Shown in pieces: positions 1 to 11,473 of a stretch of DNA of 64,000 nucleotides. The position numbers and the translations under genes are program-made. The first letter of the stretch is position 1. Every line of letters starts with the position of its first letter. The notes below the pieces were generated by a model that had not been told where the DNA came from, ran no database searches, and saw nothing but the letters and a program-made list of their open reading frames with translations. Source of the stretch: Octopus vulgaris (Eukaryota); NCBI GenBank assembly GCA_951406725.2, contig OX597834.1, positions 41,168,001 through 41,232,000 of the forward strand, read 5' to 3'.

Positions 1-2
1 AC

Positions 3-61
<59 letters not shown>

Positions 62-171
62 CAAACAAGGGAGTCAGAGAAAGGCAGAATGCCACTTAAA
101 TCTGAACACTACTATAGAAATATTGTTTTAAAAAACTTTTCTTCTAATTTTTCTAAATTTAATTATTTAAT

Positions 172-219
172 CGTTACAGTTGAAAAGGTCTCAAAATGAC
201 CGAAACCGGTACTGAAATG
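172..219 (+). ncRNA. Minimal type I hammerhead ribozyme, U3-A8 core variant
   Basis: Stem I cgttacag (172-179) / ctgaaatg (212-219), 7 of 8 pairs. Core UUGAAAA at 180-186. Stem II ggtc/gacc (187-190/198-201). GAAA at 202-205. Palindromic minimal stem III accggt. GUA cleavage triplet at 209-211. Confidence 0.7.
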
Positions 220-263
220 TTCACTATAAAATTATTTTAGCATTTTCTATTTTTTACTTGTTT

Positions 264-307
<44 letters not shown>

Positions 308-482
308 TAATCAATATAGGGTGGCAAAAAAAATTTTGTAGAATTCTTTTGCCACCAGCGGCCTAGTGGGAAAAAATTAAATAGTCATAGACCATTTATA
401 AGTTCAACATCACAATCAAGGAACGGCCATAATAGGCCATTCACCCACTAGAATATCTGTAAATATCTGTTCCGTTCTGGCT

Positions 483-589
483 ATTTCTTACTGAGGAATC
501 TAAGGGCCTATGGAAGATTGGCTTGATTTAATTTAATCAGGTTAGTTTACCATTAAACAGTAGATGAAACGGTGCATCGTATAAGAAAT
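483..589 (+). ncRNA. Type I hammerhead ribozyme with canonical core
   Basis: Stem I atttctta (483-490) / taagaaat (582-589), perfect 8 bp. CUGAGGA at 491-497. Stem II atcta/tagat (498-502/561-565) enclosing sub-hairpins. GAAA at 566-569. Stem III acgg-tgca-tcgt. GUA triplet at 579-581. Confidence 0.8.
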
Positions 590-706
590 TACAGGGTAAA
601 TGTTTTTTAATTTTCTCCTGGTTTACGGAATTAATGTTATTTTGCGGTTGAAGCTTTGGCTGTTATTTCTAGTGGGTGAATGGCCTATTATGGCCGTTCC
701 TTGATT

Positions 707-740
<34 letters not shown>

Positions 741-931
741 AACACATATATATATACATGAGTAAGCGCATAAATGCAGAACAAGGTGGAAAAAATAGGA
801 CTCGAATACTGGAGGTAGAGTAATAGGCTTTTTTAAAAATTTATTTTTAGCTTTAATAAAAAAGTATGACATATATATGACTACATTGTTCAAAGTGTCG
901 TTTTTTTAAAGGTAGAGATGATTTGAGAGGA

Positions 932-1278
932 GCTTTCCATGCTGGCATGGGTTGGACGGTTTGACTGAGGACTGCACCAGGCTTCAGTCTGATCTAGCTA
1001 CGTTTCTACAGCTGGATGCCTTTGGTAACGCCAAACACTCTGGGAGTGTAGTGGGTGCCTTTTACGTGCCTTCGGCACGGGGGCCAATCAGGCGGCACTG
1101 GCATCGTCCACGCTCAAACGGTGCTTTTTACGTGCCACCGGCACAGGGGACAATCAGGCGGCACTGGCATCATCCACGCTCAAACGGTGCTTTTTACGTG
1201 CCATTGGCACGGGGGCCAATCAGGCGGCACAAGCATCGTCCACGCTCAAACGGTGCTTTTTACGTGCCACCGGCACGA
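932..1278 (-). mobile_element. SINE-like element, (GAT)n-tail family, with about three internal 66-bp tandem repeats
   Basis: Shares the ...ggcatccagctgtagaaac...ccaacccatgc core with many copies. The unit ggtgctttttacgtgcc...cacgctcaaac is repeated over 1053-1277. Confidence 0.8.
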
Positions 1279-1633
1279 TGGCTGCTAATTCTGGTCGGTC
1301 AAACGATCACAGAAAGGGATAGGAAAATTTATATCTGCTGAAACGAAACAATAAAATTTGTTTCGTTTCAGCAGATAGGTTAACCGTTCCAAGGTTCGCA
1401 ACTCTTAACATTTTGTAGCTTCATTAATTCCCTTGAATTTTTTAATTATTTTTATTTTCTGATATTTTACTTGTTCGATTGAGGCAATTTTCTTTTGTCT
1501 TTTCATGCACTTTTGTATTTCGCATTATTTCCATTTTCCTTCCGTGCTGCACTGCAGACCGATTCATCCTTGGACGGTACCAGTAACAACTTAGAGACAA
1601 TGCGCTTATATAAGAATTAGTATTTATTTTATA

Positions 1634-2045
1634 TACTCTTTACTTGTTTCAGTCATTTTTGACTGCGGCCATGCTGGAGCACCGCCTTTAGTCGAGCAAA
1701 TCGACCCCAGGACTTATTCTTTGTAAGCCTAGTACTTATTCTATCGGTTTCTTTTGCCGATCTGCTAAGTAACGGGGACGTAAACCCACCAGCATCGGTT
1801 GTCAAGCAATGTTGGGGGACAAACAGACACACAAACACACACGCACACACACACTCACATGCACACTCACACACACACACACACATACGACGGGCTTCTT
1901 TCAGATTCCGTCTACCAAATCCACTCACAAGGCTTTGGTCGGCCCGAGACTACAGTAGAAGACAATTGTCCAAGGTGCCACGCAGGGGGACTGAACCCGG
2001 AACCATGTGGTTCGTAAGCAAGCTACTTACCACACAGCCACTCCT
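1634..2045 (-). mobile_element. tRNA-derived SINE with internal microsatellite (family A)
   Basis: On the minus strand: head gagtggctgtgtggtaag (A box-like), ggttcagtccc (B box-like), ccttggac/gcaa CORE-like motif, and 3' end gactgaaacaagtaaagag. Confidence 0.85.
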
Positions 2046-2156
2046 AGAATAAACAATAAAACAATACTACTTTGAGATCCCACCTGGATGTTGGTTGCTA
2101 TAGCAAATTCCTGTGCACATAGTTCCTTTTACTAAGTATACAAACAAAATAGCCTT

Positions 2157-2377
2157 TACTCTTTTTACTCTTTTACTTGTTTCAGTCATTTGACTGCGGC
2201 CATGGTGGAGCACCGCCTTTAATCGAGCAACTCGACCCTGGGACTTATTCTTTTGTAAGCCCAGTGCTTATTCTATTGGTCTATTTTGCCGAACCGCTAA
2301 GTAACGGGGACAAGAACACACCAGCATCGGTTGTCAAGCAATGCTAGGGGGACAAACACAGACACACAAACACACAC

Positions 2378-2418
<41 letters not shown>

Positions 2419-2580
2419 ACGGGCTTCTTTCAGTTTCTGTCTACCAAATCCACTCACAAGGCATTGGTCGACCCGAGGCTATAGTAGAAGACACCTGCCG
2501 AAGGTGCCACGCAGTGGGACTGAACCCGGAACCATGTGGTTGGTAAACAAGCTACTTACCACACAGCCACTCCTGCGCCT
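2157..2580 (-). mobile_element. Full-length family A SINE
   Basis: Starts aggcgcaggagtggctgtgtgg on the minus strand, has an internal (TA)n, and ends gtaaaaagagtaaaaagag. Confidence 0.85.
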
Positions 2581-2699
2581 TGTTCACTATTACACCACCA
2601 TTCAGATATGCTTGCTATTCCGTATTCACCCAGATACATCCTTGAACATCACCCTAATAATATTATCCCTTCACAGTAAATATAGCATTTTGGATCATG

Positions 2700-3060
2700 C
2701 AGTTGTAGATGATGATGATAATATTGCTAATTATGATGATAATGATAATAACAGTGGTGGTGATGATGTTGTGAATATAGTGTTAATGATATGATAATAG
2801 TGCTGTTAACGAGAGTGGTACTAATGATAATTATAATAGTGGTAATGATGATAATAGTGCTGTTAATGATGATGATAATTATAGTGGTTCTCATGAGGTT
2901 GATGATAGTGATGATGATGATAGTGATGTTAATGAGTTTAGTAGTAGTGTTGATGATGATGATTATATTAATGCTGCTGCTGATGATGGCAGGACTGCTG
3001 CTACTGCTGCTGATGATAATAGAAGTGCTAATGATAAAAAAAAAAGAAAAGTGGTAATGA
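2700..3060. repeat. Degenerate (GAT/AAT/GTA)n trinucleotide low-complexity tract
   Basis: Seen directly in the sequence; it explains the spurious I/M/L-rich ORFs. Confidence 0.85.
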
Positions 3061-3122
3061 TTAATCTTTCTTCCTGTATCCAATTCTTGATTTATTTTCT
3101 TCCTTCTTCTTTGATATTCTAG

Positions 3123-3259
3123 CCAGGCAAAGACGATCTCGTCACACGATATTTGTAAATTTTGAGGACAAGACAATTCCGTCAGAATCGATGAGTGGAG
3201 CCGAAGCGACCCTGCGAGCCAAAGTAAAGAATCCAAACCTTGAACAAAAGCTTCGAGAG
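3123..3259 (+). CDS. GTF3C5: General transcription factor 3C polypeptide 5 (TFIIIC subunit), internal exon
   Basis: Polypyrimidine tract plus ctag acceptor (AG 3121-3122) and gttagt donor at 3260. Encodes RQRRSRHTIFVNFEDKTIPSESMSGAEATLRAKVKNPNLEQKLRE, matching the vertebrate GTF3C5 RARRPHNAIFVNFED region as recalled. An alternative AG at 3125-3126 is possible. Confidence 0.85.
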
Positions 3260-3727
3260 GTTAGTGAAAAATCCCCAGCATCCGGAAGATTTTTATCATT
3301 TGCCCCACCCGCCTCATCACATAAACTCACCATCCCTATTCTCTCCCTTATATTCCCCTTGTCCTTTGAGGGTTTTCCCTCACCATCTCTTTCTGTTTCT
3401 TTCCAACTGGAGAATTCCTGTATCTCCTCTTCAACAAGACACTTGTTCCTGTTCATCTATCATGCTTTAACCCCTTAACACCAATACTCTACCCTTATTC
3501 AGTTGATGGGTCTTGTCATGTGAGTTACTTGGTGATCTCACTAGTGCCTGTGCCACTTAAAAAAGTATCCAGTACACCCTGTGAAGTGGTTGGCATTAAG
3601 AAGGGCACCCAGTTGTAGAAGCCATGCCAAAGCAGACATTGGAGCTTGGCACCGTTCTTTGGCTTGTTGGTTCCTATTGAATCATCTAACCCATGCCAGT
3701 ATAGAATACAGAAGTTAAATGATGGTG

Positions 3728-4052
3728 ATCATCATCATCATCATCGTCGTTTAACGTCCGTTCTCCATGCTAGCATGGGTTGGACGGTTCGACCGGGGAT
3801 CTGGGAAGCCAGAAGGCTGCTCTAGGCTCCGGTCTTATCTGGCAATGTCTCTACAGGTGGATGCCCTTCCTAACGCCAACCACTCCGTGAGTGTAGTGGG
3901 TGCTTTTACGTGCCACCTGCACTGGAGCCAGGCGAGGCTGGCGTCGGCCACGGTCGGATTGGTGCATTTTACGTGCCACCTGCACGGAAGCCAGTCGAGG
4001 CGGCACTGGCTTCGGCCACGATTCGGATGGTGCTTTTTACATGTCACCGATG
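3728..4052 (-). mobile_element. (GAT)n-tail SINE-like element
   Basis: (ATC)n followed by gtttaacgtccgttctccatgctagcatgggttggacgg..., with internal tandem units. Confidence 0.8.
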
Positions 4053-4059
4053 ATGATGA

Positions 4060-4290
4060 TAATCCTAGGAACTGGCTGGTCTTGTGCCCCTTCCCTCATA
4101 GGCATTCCCAAACCACTTGTGATTTTTCTCCTCAGCCATGTTTTGTCCAACCACTTGGAACCCACACTAATCACTACACCCAGTCCTTCCTCCCCAGAAT
4201 GTTGGTCTTCTGGAACTCCTTCTTTGCTCTCCTTCCTGCCAGTGTTGACTGTCAATAGTTTCTACTGAATATGTTAACAACACCAATCTT
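4060..4290 (+). mobile_element. Decayed LINE ORF2 C-terminal fragment (CR1/L2-group-like)
   Basis: Translation ...THTNHYTQSFLPRMLVFWNS... resembles the SFxPR...WNxLP motif at the end of non-LTR ORF2. Confidence 0.45.
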
Positions 4291-4333
4291 GCTGGTTCCA
4301 AAGAGCTTGCAGAAACCATGGGTTCTTCTTCAA

Positions 4334-4616
4334 GGCGGCGAGCTGGCAGAAACGTTAGCATGCCGGACGAAATGCGTAGCTGTATTTCGTCTGCCGTTAC
4401 GTCGTGAGTTCAAATCCCGCCGAGGTCGACTTTGCCTCTCATCCTTTCGGGGTCGATAAATTAAGTACCAGTTATGCACTGGGGTCGATGTAATCGACTT
4501 AATCCGTTTGTCTGTTCTTGTTTGTCTCCTCTGTGTATAGCGCCTCGTGGGTAGTAAAGAAATAGGTATTTCATCTGCCGTTACGTTCTGAGTTCAAATT
4601 CCGCTAAGGTCGACTT
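4334..4616 (+). mobile_element. tRNA-derived SINE (family C): 48-nt head, one 184-nt module and a partial second module
   Basis: Head ggcggcgagctggcagaa, B box gagttcaaatccc, module 4382-4565, junction aaagaaatag|gtattt at 4565/4566. Confidence 0.85.
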
Positions 4617-5194
4617 ACTCCACACATCTCTCTCACCATTGCTCCCTTGGTCCTTCTCAAAATTGCCGTCTCTCCCCCAGACACCATGTCTCACGCCCAT
4701 ACAGCATTGCCACTCTCACACAACACTGCAACTCTATAGAGTAATTCATATGAAGCTTCGCCTCGTATTGCATATTATTTCTCCATACAGGGGTTTTTTT
4801 TCAATGGCGGCCCATTTTCGCGGGGTTCCACAGTTCCCTTCTTTCTCTCTCTCTCTCTCTTACGTTGTCTGCCATTCCCCCCTTCCATTGCTAAGAGCAT
4901 TTTTAAGCCAGCCCGTCAGTTCAACCTTCGCATATTCCCGGTGCACCCGCCCTTGCCCACCCCCACCACCAATACCGGATATCTCTATATTTTTGCTCCA
5001 TCTATACCGGATGTCGCTTCTCCCACCACCATTATAGGTGTCTACTCTTCGAACCCCCCTCTTCAATACGCTATTTCACCATGCATTACCCCTCTCTTGA
5101 TATCCTACGTTCTACTTGCCTAGAACCTGTCATCATTTCTCTGAACCACCCCTCCCCACTGGTGCTCCCCTATATATTTCTGCCCCCCCCCACA

Positions 5195-5437
5195 TAAAAG
5201 CACCATCCGAACGTGGCCGATGCCAGACCCCTCTGGCACCTGTGCAGGTGGCACGTAAAAAACACCCACTACACTCGCGGAGTGGTTGGCGTTAGGAAGG
5301 GCATCCAGCTGTAGAAACACTGCCAGACTAGACTGGAGCCTGGGGCAGTCCCTAGCTCCCCAGACCCCGGTCGAAACCGTCCAACCCGTGCTAGCGCGGA
5401 AAACGGACGTTAAACGATGATGATGATGATGATGATG
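5195..5437 (+). mobile_element. (GAT)n-tail SINE-like element
   Basis: Same core sequence, ending ggacgttaaacgatgatgat. Confidence 0.8.
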
Positions 5438-6581
5438 AAACACTGAGGCATATCTGTCAACTTCATAAGGTCTATGGGAGAATTGCATCTCAGGGCTAAA
5501 GCTTTGTTAATTATACAGCACTCTTGTTGTCTAGCAACCAGCTAACACTTGCACAGACACACACATACATACTCTCTCACTCTCTCTTTCTCACACACTC
5601 ATACCCTCCCATGCAACATGCTTCCGTTTGCCAAATTTCATTCATGAAATATTGGTCAACCTGAGCTTATAGTAGAAAATCTTGTCAAGGTTGCCTCATA
5701 AGAACTTGTTTTGCACTCCAGTATTTGCAGATTCAATCCTCCCAGCTCAACACCTTGGCCAAGTCTCTTCTTCTATATCCTTGAATTGACCTATACCTTG
5801 TGAGTGGCATTTGGTCAATTGAAATTGTGTAGAAGCCTACTGACTATGACTGTGTGTGGCCTTGTTTAGGTTTGGCTACTTGATAAATATAGATTATTTA
5901 GATATGTACGGAGGTTGAAATGACCAACTAGAAGTTTCTTGACGGTGGGTGATGCACCATCATAGCTATTGTCGAAAGACTGAAACCCATAAAGAATGCA
6001 GTGTGTGTGTATATTCTTATATTCTTTTATTTGTTTCAGTCATCTGACTGTGGCCATGCTGGGGCATCGCCTCGAAGGGTTTTGGTCAAACAAATCACCC
6101 TCAGGATTTACTTTTTAAGCCTTGTACTTATTCTATTGGTCTCTTTTGCCGAACCAGCAAGTTATGGGGACATAAATACACCAACACCGGTTGTCAAGTG
6201 GTGATGGGGTGGGGGCAGGCAAAGACACAAAGACACACACACATAGGTATATACATATAGGACAGGCTTCTTTCAGTTTCCATCTACTAAATTCACTTCG
6301 GTCGACCTGAAGCTATAGTAGAAGACACTTGGGACTGAACCCAGAGCCATGTGTTTGGGAAGCAAGCTTCTTACCACACTGTCATGCCTGCACCTATGTA
6401 TGAATGTGTGTATATGTGCATCTATGCATATAATTGGTAGTGTGCTTGTGCATGTGAGAATGTGTGTAGTTGTCTGTGTGAGTTTGCATGCGTATTTCTT
6501 CTTCCTTCTCCTCCCCCTCTTTTCCCACCCACCTCTTTATGTGTGATTTTCATTGTGGCCCTATTTTCCATCTGCTGGCAG

Positions 6582-6789
6582 TTGTTCGATCAGAAACCGA
6601 TTTGGTCAAGGAACGGCATTTGTGGTGCTATTGACTGTCGGCGTGACACCTTGAAGTACGTACTCCCGCTGGTTGCCTATTACTTCATCACAGGACCTTG
6701 GCGCAGTCTGTGGGTAAAGTTTGGCTACGATCCTCGCAAAGACCCAGCAGCAAAGAAATATCAGATTGTTGACTTCAGAGTTCGACAGC
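6582..6789 (+). CDS. GTF3C5: GTF3C5 internal exon (Tau95 domain core)
   Basis: Acceptor AG 6580-6581 and donor gtaagt at 6790. Encodes LFDQKPIWSRNGICGAIDCRRDTLKYVLPLVAYYFITGPWRSLWVKFGYDPRKDPAAKKYQIVDFRVRQ, with the hallmark PIWSR, GPWR and GYDPRK motifs of Tfc1/GTF3C5. Phase 0 start fits the previous exon. Confidence 0.97.
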
Positions 6790-7642
6790 GTAAGTATTGT
6801 TTCTCTTTTAGTTCTTGTATTGGTTTCAGTCTTGGGATCGCAGCTATACTGGGACATAGCTTTCAAGGGTTTAGTCCATCCATATTGCCTCCATTTGTGG
6901 AGCTTCTAAGTTACAAGACATGAATGTAAACAGAGACACACTGACACACACACACATGTATATATATAGCGGGGTGCTTTCATGTTATTTCCTTCTCCTA
7001 AATTTCACTTACTTTCTGTGTCGGTGGCACGTAAAAAGCACCCACTACACTCTCGGAGTGGTTGGCGATAGGAAGGGCATCCAGCTGTAGAAACATTGCC
7101 AGATCAGACTGGAGCCTGGTGCAACCTCCTGGCTTCCCAGATCCCCGGTCGAACCGTCCAACCCATGCTAGTATGGAAAACGGACGTTAAATGATGATGA
7201 TGATGATGATGATGAGGCTTTGGTTGACCAGGGCTGTGTCTTTTATATCTTAATTTGTTTCGGTCATTGAACTGTGTGACCATGCTGGTGCCCTGCCTTG
7301 AAGGGCTTTGGTCAAACAAATGAACCCCGTTATTTATTTATTTATTTTTTTTTTTTTAAGTCTGGCCCTTATTGTAGTTTATGGTGTGAGTCCTGATTGG
7401 AAGAAGAAGAAGAAGAAGAAGACAACAACAGCCAGACCACAACCATAGCAATAACAACAACAACCACAACAATAACTATCACCATAACAACAACCACAAC
7501 CCCAACAACACCCACCACATCAACAACAACAACCACTTTTTGTAAAACTTACTCTCGGCACATTCATCATTGTCCTTAGGACATGTCCACCTAAAAACTG
7601 ACTATTTTTCAGTATAAAATGTCTCTCTGTCCCCTTTTACAG

Positions 7643-7812
7643 GTGGTGGCAATGCTGGGTTTGACATCAAAGCAAAACGTAGCACCTTCAGTTATAAATT
7701 ACCTACAGTAATCACCAAACAGACGGGTCAGGTTGCTACGATCAACCGGTCAGGACTGTTACCAGGGAAAGACCAACGAGAAACCACAACTCGTACAAAA
7801 GAAGAAGCAGAG
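7643..7812 (+). CDS. GTF3C5: GTF3C5 internal exon
   Basis: ccccttttacag acceptor. Phase 1 matches the previous exon (c+gt = R). Encodes GGNAGFDIKAKRSTFSYKLPTVITKQTGQVATINRSGLLPGKDQRETTTRTKEEAE (compare vertebrate KAKRSTYNYSLP). The donor gttgga at 7813 is weak. Confidence 0.88.
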
Positions 7813-9222
7813 GTTGGACACCATTTTACTTCTCTACTCTCTCTCTCTCTCTCTTTCTTTTTTTTTTTTTTTTTTTGAAATCTTATTTTACTTTTTATTT
7901 GTGTTAGTTGTGCAAGTCTGCAAATTCAAACATTTACATCAGTTGTCGGTACTGTTGTTGGTGAGCCTCATGTCAGCCCTAAACTAGCAAGCCTTTGATA
8001 AAAGGTGTTGGCCAAGGGTCTGGTGTATGATGGATGATCTGGGCTAAATAGCATCAAGAGAATGCTTCTGCATGCCAGCGGAGTTAAGAAGCAGACTTTT
8101 CTACCATATGGTTTTGCATATAGTCCTACTATGCATCACCTTAAGCAAGTTTTGTGAGTGAATTTGGCAGGCGAAAACCCGGTGTTGGTATTTCCCATTG
8201 AAGAAGGCTAAAGAGCCAAAAACACTGAATCTGAGAATCCTATAGTTTTTTCTCCATGATAACTGCATGGAATTTGCCTTCAGAAGTTGAGATATATTAC
8301 AAACATATTCTAACTAACCTAAAGTTCATATATGTGTGCACCAATCCAATCGTGGCCGTTGCCAGCCTCGCCTGGCACCTGTGCCGGTGGCACATAAAAA
8401 GCACCCACTACACTCATGGAGTGGTTGGCGTTAGGAAGGGCATCCAGCTGTAGAAACACTGCCAGATCAGACTGGAGCCTGGTGCAGCCTTCTGGCTTCC
8501 CAGATCCCCGGTCGAACCGTCCAACTCATGCTAGCATGGAGAACAGACGTTAAACGATGATGATGATGTGTGTATGTGTGAGTATGTGTTTGTCCCCTTC
8601 ACTGCTTGACAACAGAAGGTTGATAGTGGCAGTGAAAATTTGCTGGACAAGTAGGTTGTTTCTGTCCTAGCCTAGAGGGGCAGCTTGAGAGTGTTGGCAT
8701 CTCTAGTATGGCATGGACAGGAATTTTGTAGAGACATCCTAGTATCTCTTTTATGTCATATCTGTTTTATCAGAGACGAGCACATTTTAGGATAGAATAA
8801 CAGACACACAAATGATTATCAAACTGGACAATGTAGTTCCTGGACTGGAACATCCTTTGTCATAGGTCGACTGGCTCAAGGCTACATAACAACCACAACA
8901 GTCAATGTTAATGTTACCTGACTAACTTTTAATTGGCATTTCTATCCAGATGGGAACGGAAGTCTCCACAGGTCTTTGACCAGTAATTTCCCACCAGCAT
9001 TCTTTGCTAATTGGCCTAATTAGTAATTTTCTTGTTCTTAGTCTTTACATTGTGTGTTTTCAGTAACAATATTTTACTTATGTAACGGGTCAGTCTGACC
9101 AATGGATACGTGTAATGACAGAGGCATATTTGACAGACAGATGCATGGATGTCGACACTCAGTCTGACGGATACACATCTATGCATGTAGCTCTCCTGCC
9201 TCTCTCACTCTTCCTTTCTCTC

Positions 9223-9272
<50 letters not shown>

Positions 9273-9649
9273 ATATATGTATATATATATATATATATAT
9301 CAACAATCAAGGAACGGCCATAATAGGCCATTCACCCACTAGAAATAACAGCAAAAAATTAAATATTGATTAATATATATATATATATATATGTATATAT
9401 GTGTATATATATATAATATATATGTGTGTGTGTGTGTGTGTGTATCATCATCATCACCATCATCATTATTTGACGCTCATTTGCTATGTTGGCATGGGTT
9501 GGATAGTTTGAATGAAAACTGGGAAGATTGGAGAGGCAGAAAGGGCATCAGGCCATAGAAAATCTACAAATTCTGTTTGATCCTTACATGAGGATGATAT
9601 GATGTTTATATATATATATATATAAAAGATATATATATATAAATATAAA

Positions 9650-9916
9650 TGGTAAAGACCCCCTTCAGTCATGAACGACCATGTGAGATTGCACCTAGAA
9701 AGTTCCCTTTTGAGGCACAAGTCTGGGCAAAGTTGTTTACGGAAGACCAGCAATCGCCCTTGCATACCAGCCTCCCCTCTCCCCACCGCCGATGTTATCC
9801 AAGGGAAAGGCAAAGGGGCTGATACAGCTTGGCACCAGTGACGTCGCAACTCATTTCTACAGCTGAGTGAACTGGAGCAACGTGAAATAAAGTGCCTTGC
9901 TCAAGAAAACAATACA
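9650..9916 (-). mobile_element. tRNA-derived SINE family D, 5'-truncated
   Basis: Homologous to the full-length copies at 21313-21646 (+) and 58150-58487 (-). Confidence 0.75.
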
Positions 9917-10117
9917 AGCTGAAGGCTGCCTTTAACGATTTCTGTCCTAAAGGATTTTCAATCCAATATTTATTTTATTTCTTATAACTTTATATGTGTG
10001 CTTCAACATAGACAGACATGTATATAGAGACAGGTGTGTGTATATTATTACTGTGGACATCATGTGGGCAGTCATCTAAAAGTTTTTGCTCTTCATGGTG
10101 CTGACATAAGTTCCTTG

Positions 10118-10201
10118 TCTTTCCTGATGAGATGGCGGCATGATGCACCCTTTATTCCTTCGGAATTAGGAATATGCAGCCTTCAAAACATGTGTCGAGA
10201 G
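10118..10201 (+). ncRNA. Degenerate hammerhead ribozyme
   Basis: CUGAUGA at 10124-10130, stem II gatggc/gccttc, AAAAC in place of GAAAC, acatgt stem III, GUC at 10194-10196, stem I ctttc/gagag. Confidence 0.5.
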
Positions 10202-10397
10202 TAAAGGAATTTTGTTAAAATCGTCGTTCGACTCCATTCTTTCATTTATTCATAGTTAAAAAAAACACACAAATTTACACACGAGAACACGGGATCCCTG
10301 CCCTTGGCATATAGCTTCAACCGTGTTTTCTGACGTGAATTTGCTACCCAGGTATCGGTTAACCGAATTATCCATACTAGGATAATTCATTCACCTT

Positions 10398-10459
<62 letters not shown>

Positions 10460-11132
10460 CTGATATAGAAAAACAGGTTGGTGATGAAAAATAAGACAGA
10501 TTGATAGCAATAAATACAAATAGATATAAGATAAAGAATGTAAGAAATAGATAGGTATATAGGTGGGACATATAGATAGATAGATAGACATAGATAACTA
10601 GACGGATAGAGAGATAGAGAGATAGGTAGATGCTTTGGTAGATAGATGTAGAAAGACAGACTGAAAATTACAGGTAGATAGATGGAGGTAAATAAATGGG
10701 GAGAGAGAGAGAGGGAGGAAGAGAGGGGGGTAAGAAACTTCTAAGTCAGACATTTATTCATTTTGTCGTGCCCCCACCCCCCACCCACACTCCCCATCCT
10801 CCTCCTCTTCTTTCCCTGATAATGTGTTTATTTACATACATATGTATGAGTCAGATGAGAGAACTAGGCTTATGACCTGTTGGAATGCGTGCATGTGTGT
10901 ATGTGCAAATGTGTGCATGACCCCCATGTGTCACCGTTACTGGTTGCCGCTTGTATGTGTATATTCTTTATTAAGTTAATCCTACCTTCCTCTCTCCCTT
11001 CCTCCATCAGAGCCTATGAAACCTGCTTGCATTCCTTTTTATTTCCTCTCTCTCTCTCTGACTAGTGACACCACCTCCTACCACTAATACTTCTTACTGT
11101 TTCCTTATCTCTTACCCTCCCTCCTAACCCTT

Positions 11133-11164
<32 letters not shown>

Positions 11165-11416
11165 ATCCTAGTTTGTATAATCCTTCAAAACCAGTTGAAA
11201 TAAAAAAAAAAAAATTTTTTTTTTTCTTGGGAGAAGGATTTTCAGAAGTCTCCAGTTCCTGCCAGAAACATGAGATTTCCCTTCTTCTTTTCAGCATTAG
11301 ATATATTCCAATGTCTGAATAATCTGTGTTTATGTTTGGTTTTGTGGGTGGGTTGGTTTGTTTGCATGTAAAGTGAATGATGAGTTGACTTCTGATTGAT
11401 CCATTACACACACACA

Positions 11417-11469
<53 letters not shown>

Positions 11470-11473
<4 letters not shown>

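Larger units (their letters stand above)
60..900. mobile_element. Cluster of Penelope-like element remnants embedded in (TA)n
   Basis: Three unique segments separated by (TA)n, carrying hammerhead motifs and a perfect 45-bp inverted repeat (409-453/667-711). Related pieces occur at 9301-9352 and 35577-35650. The family assignment is inferred; no RT/GIY-YIG ORF is present. Confidence 0.5.
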
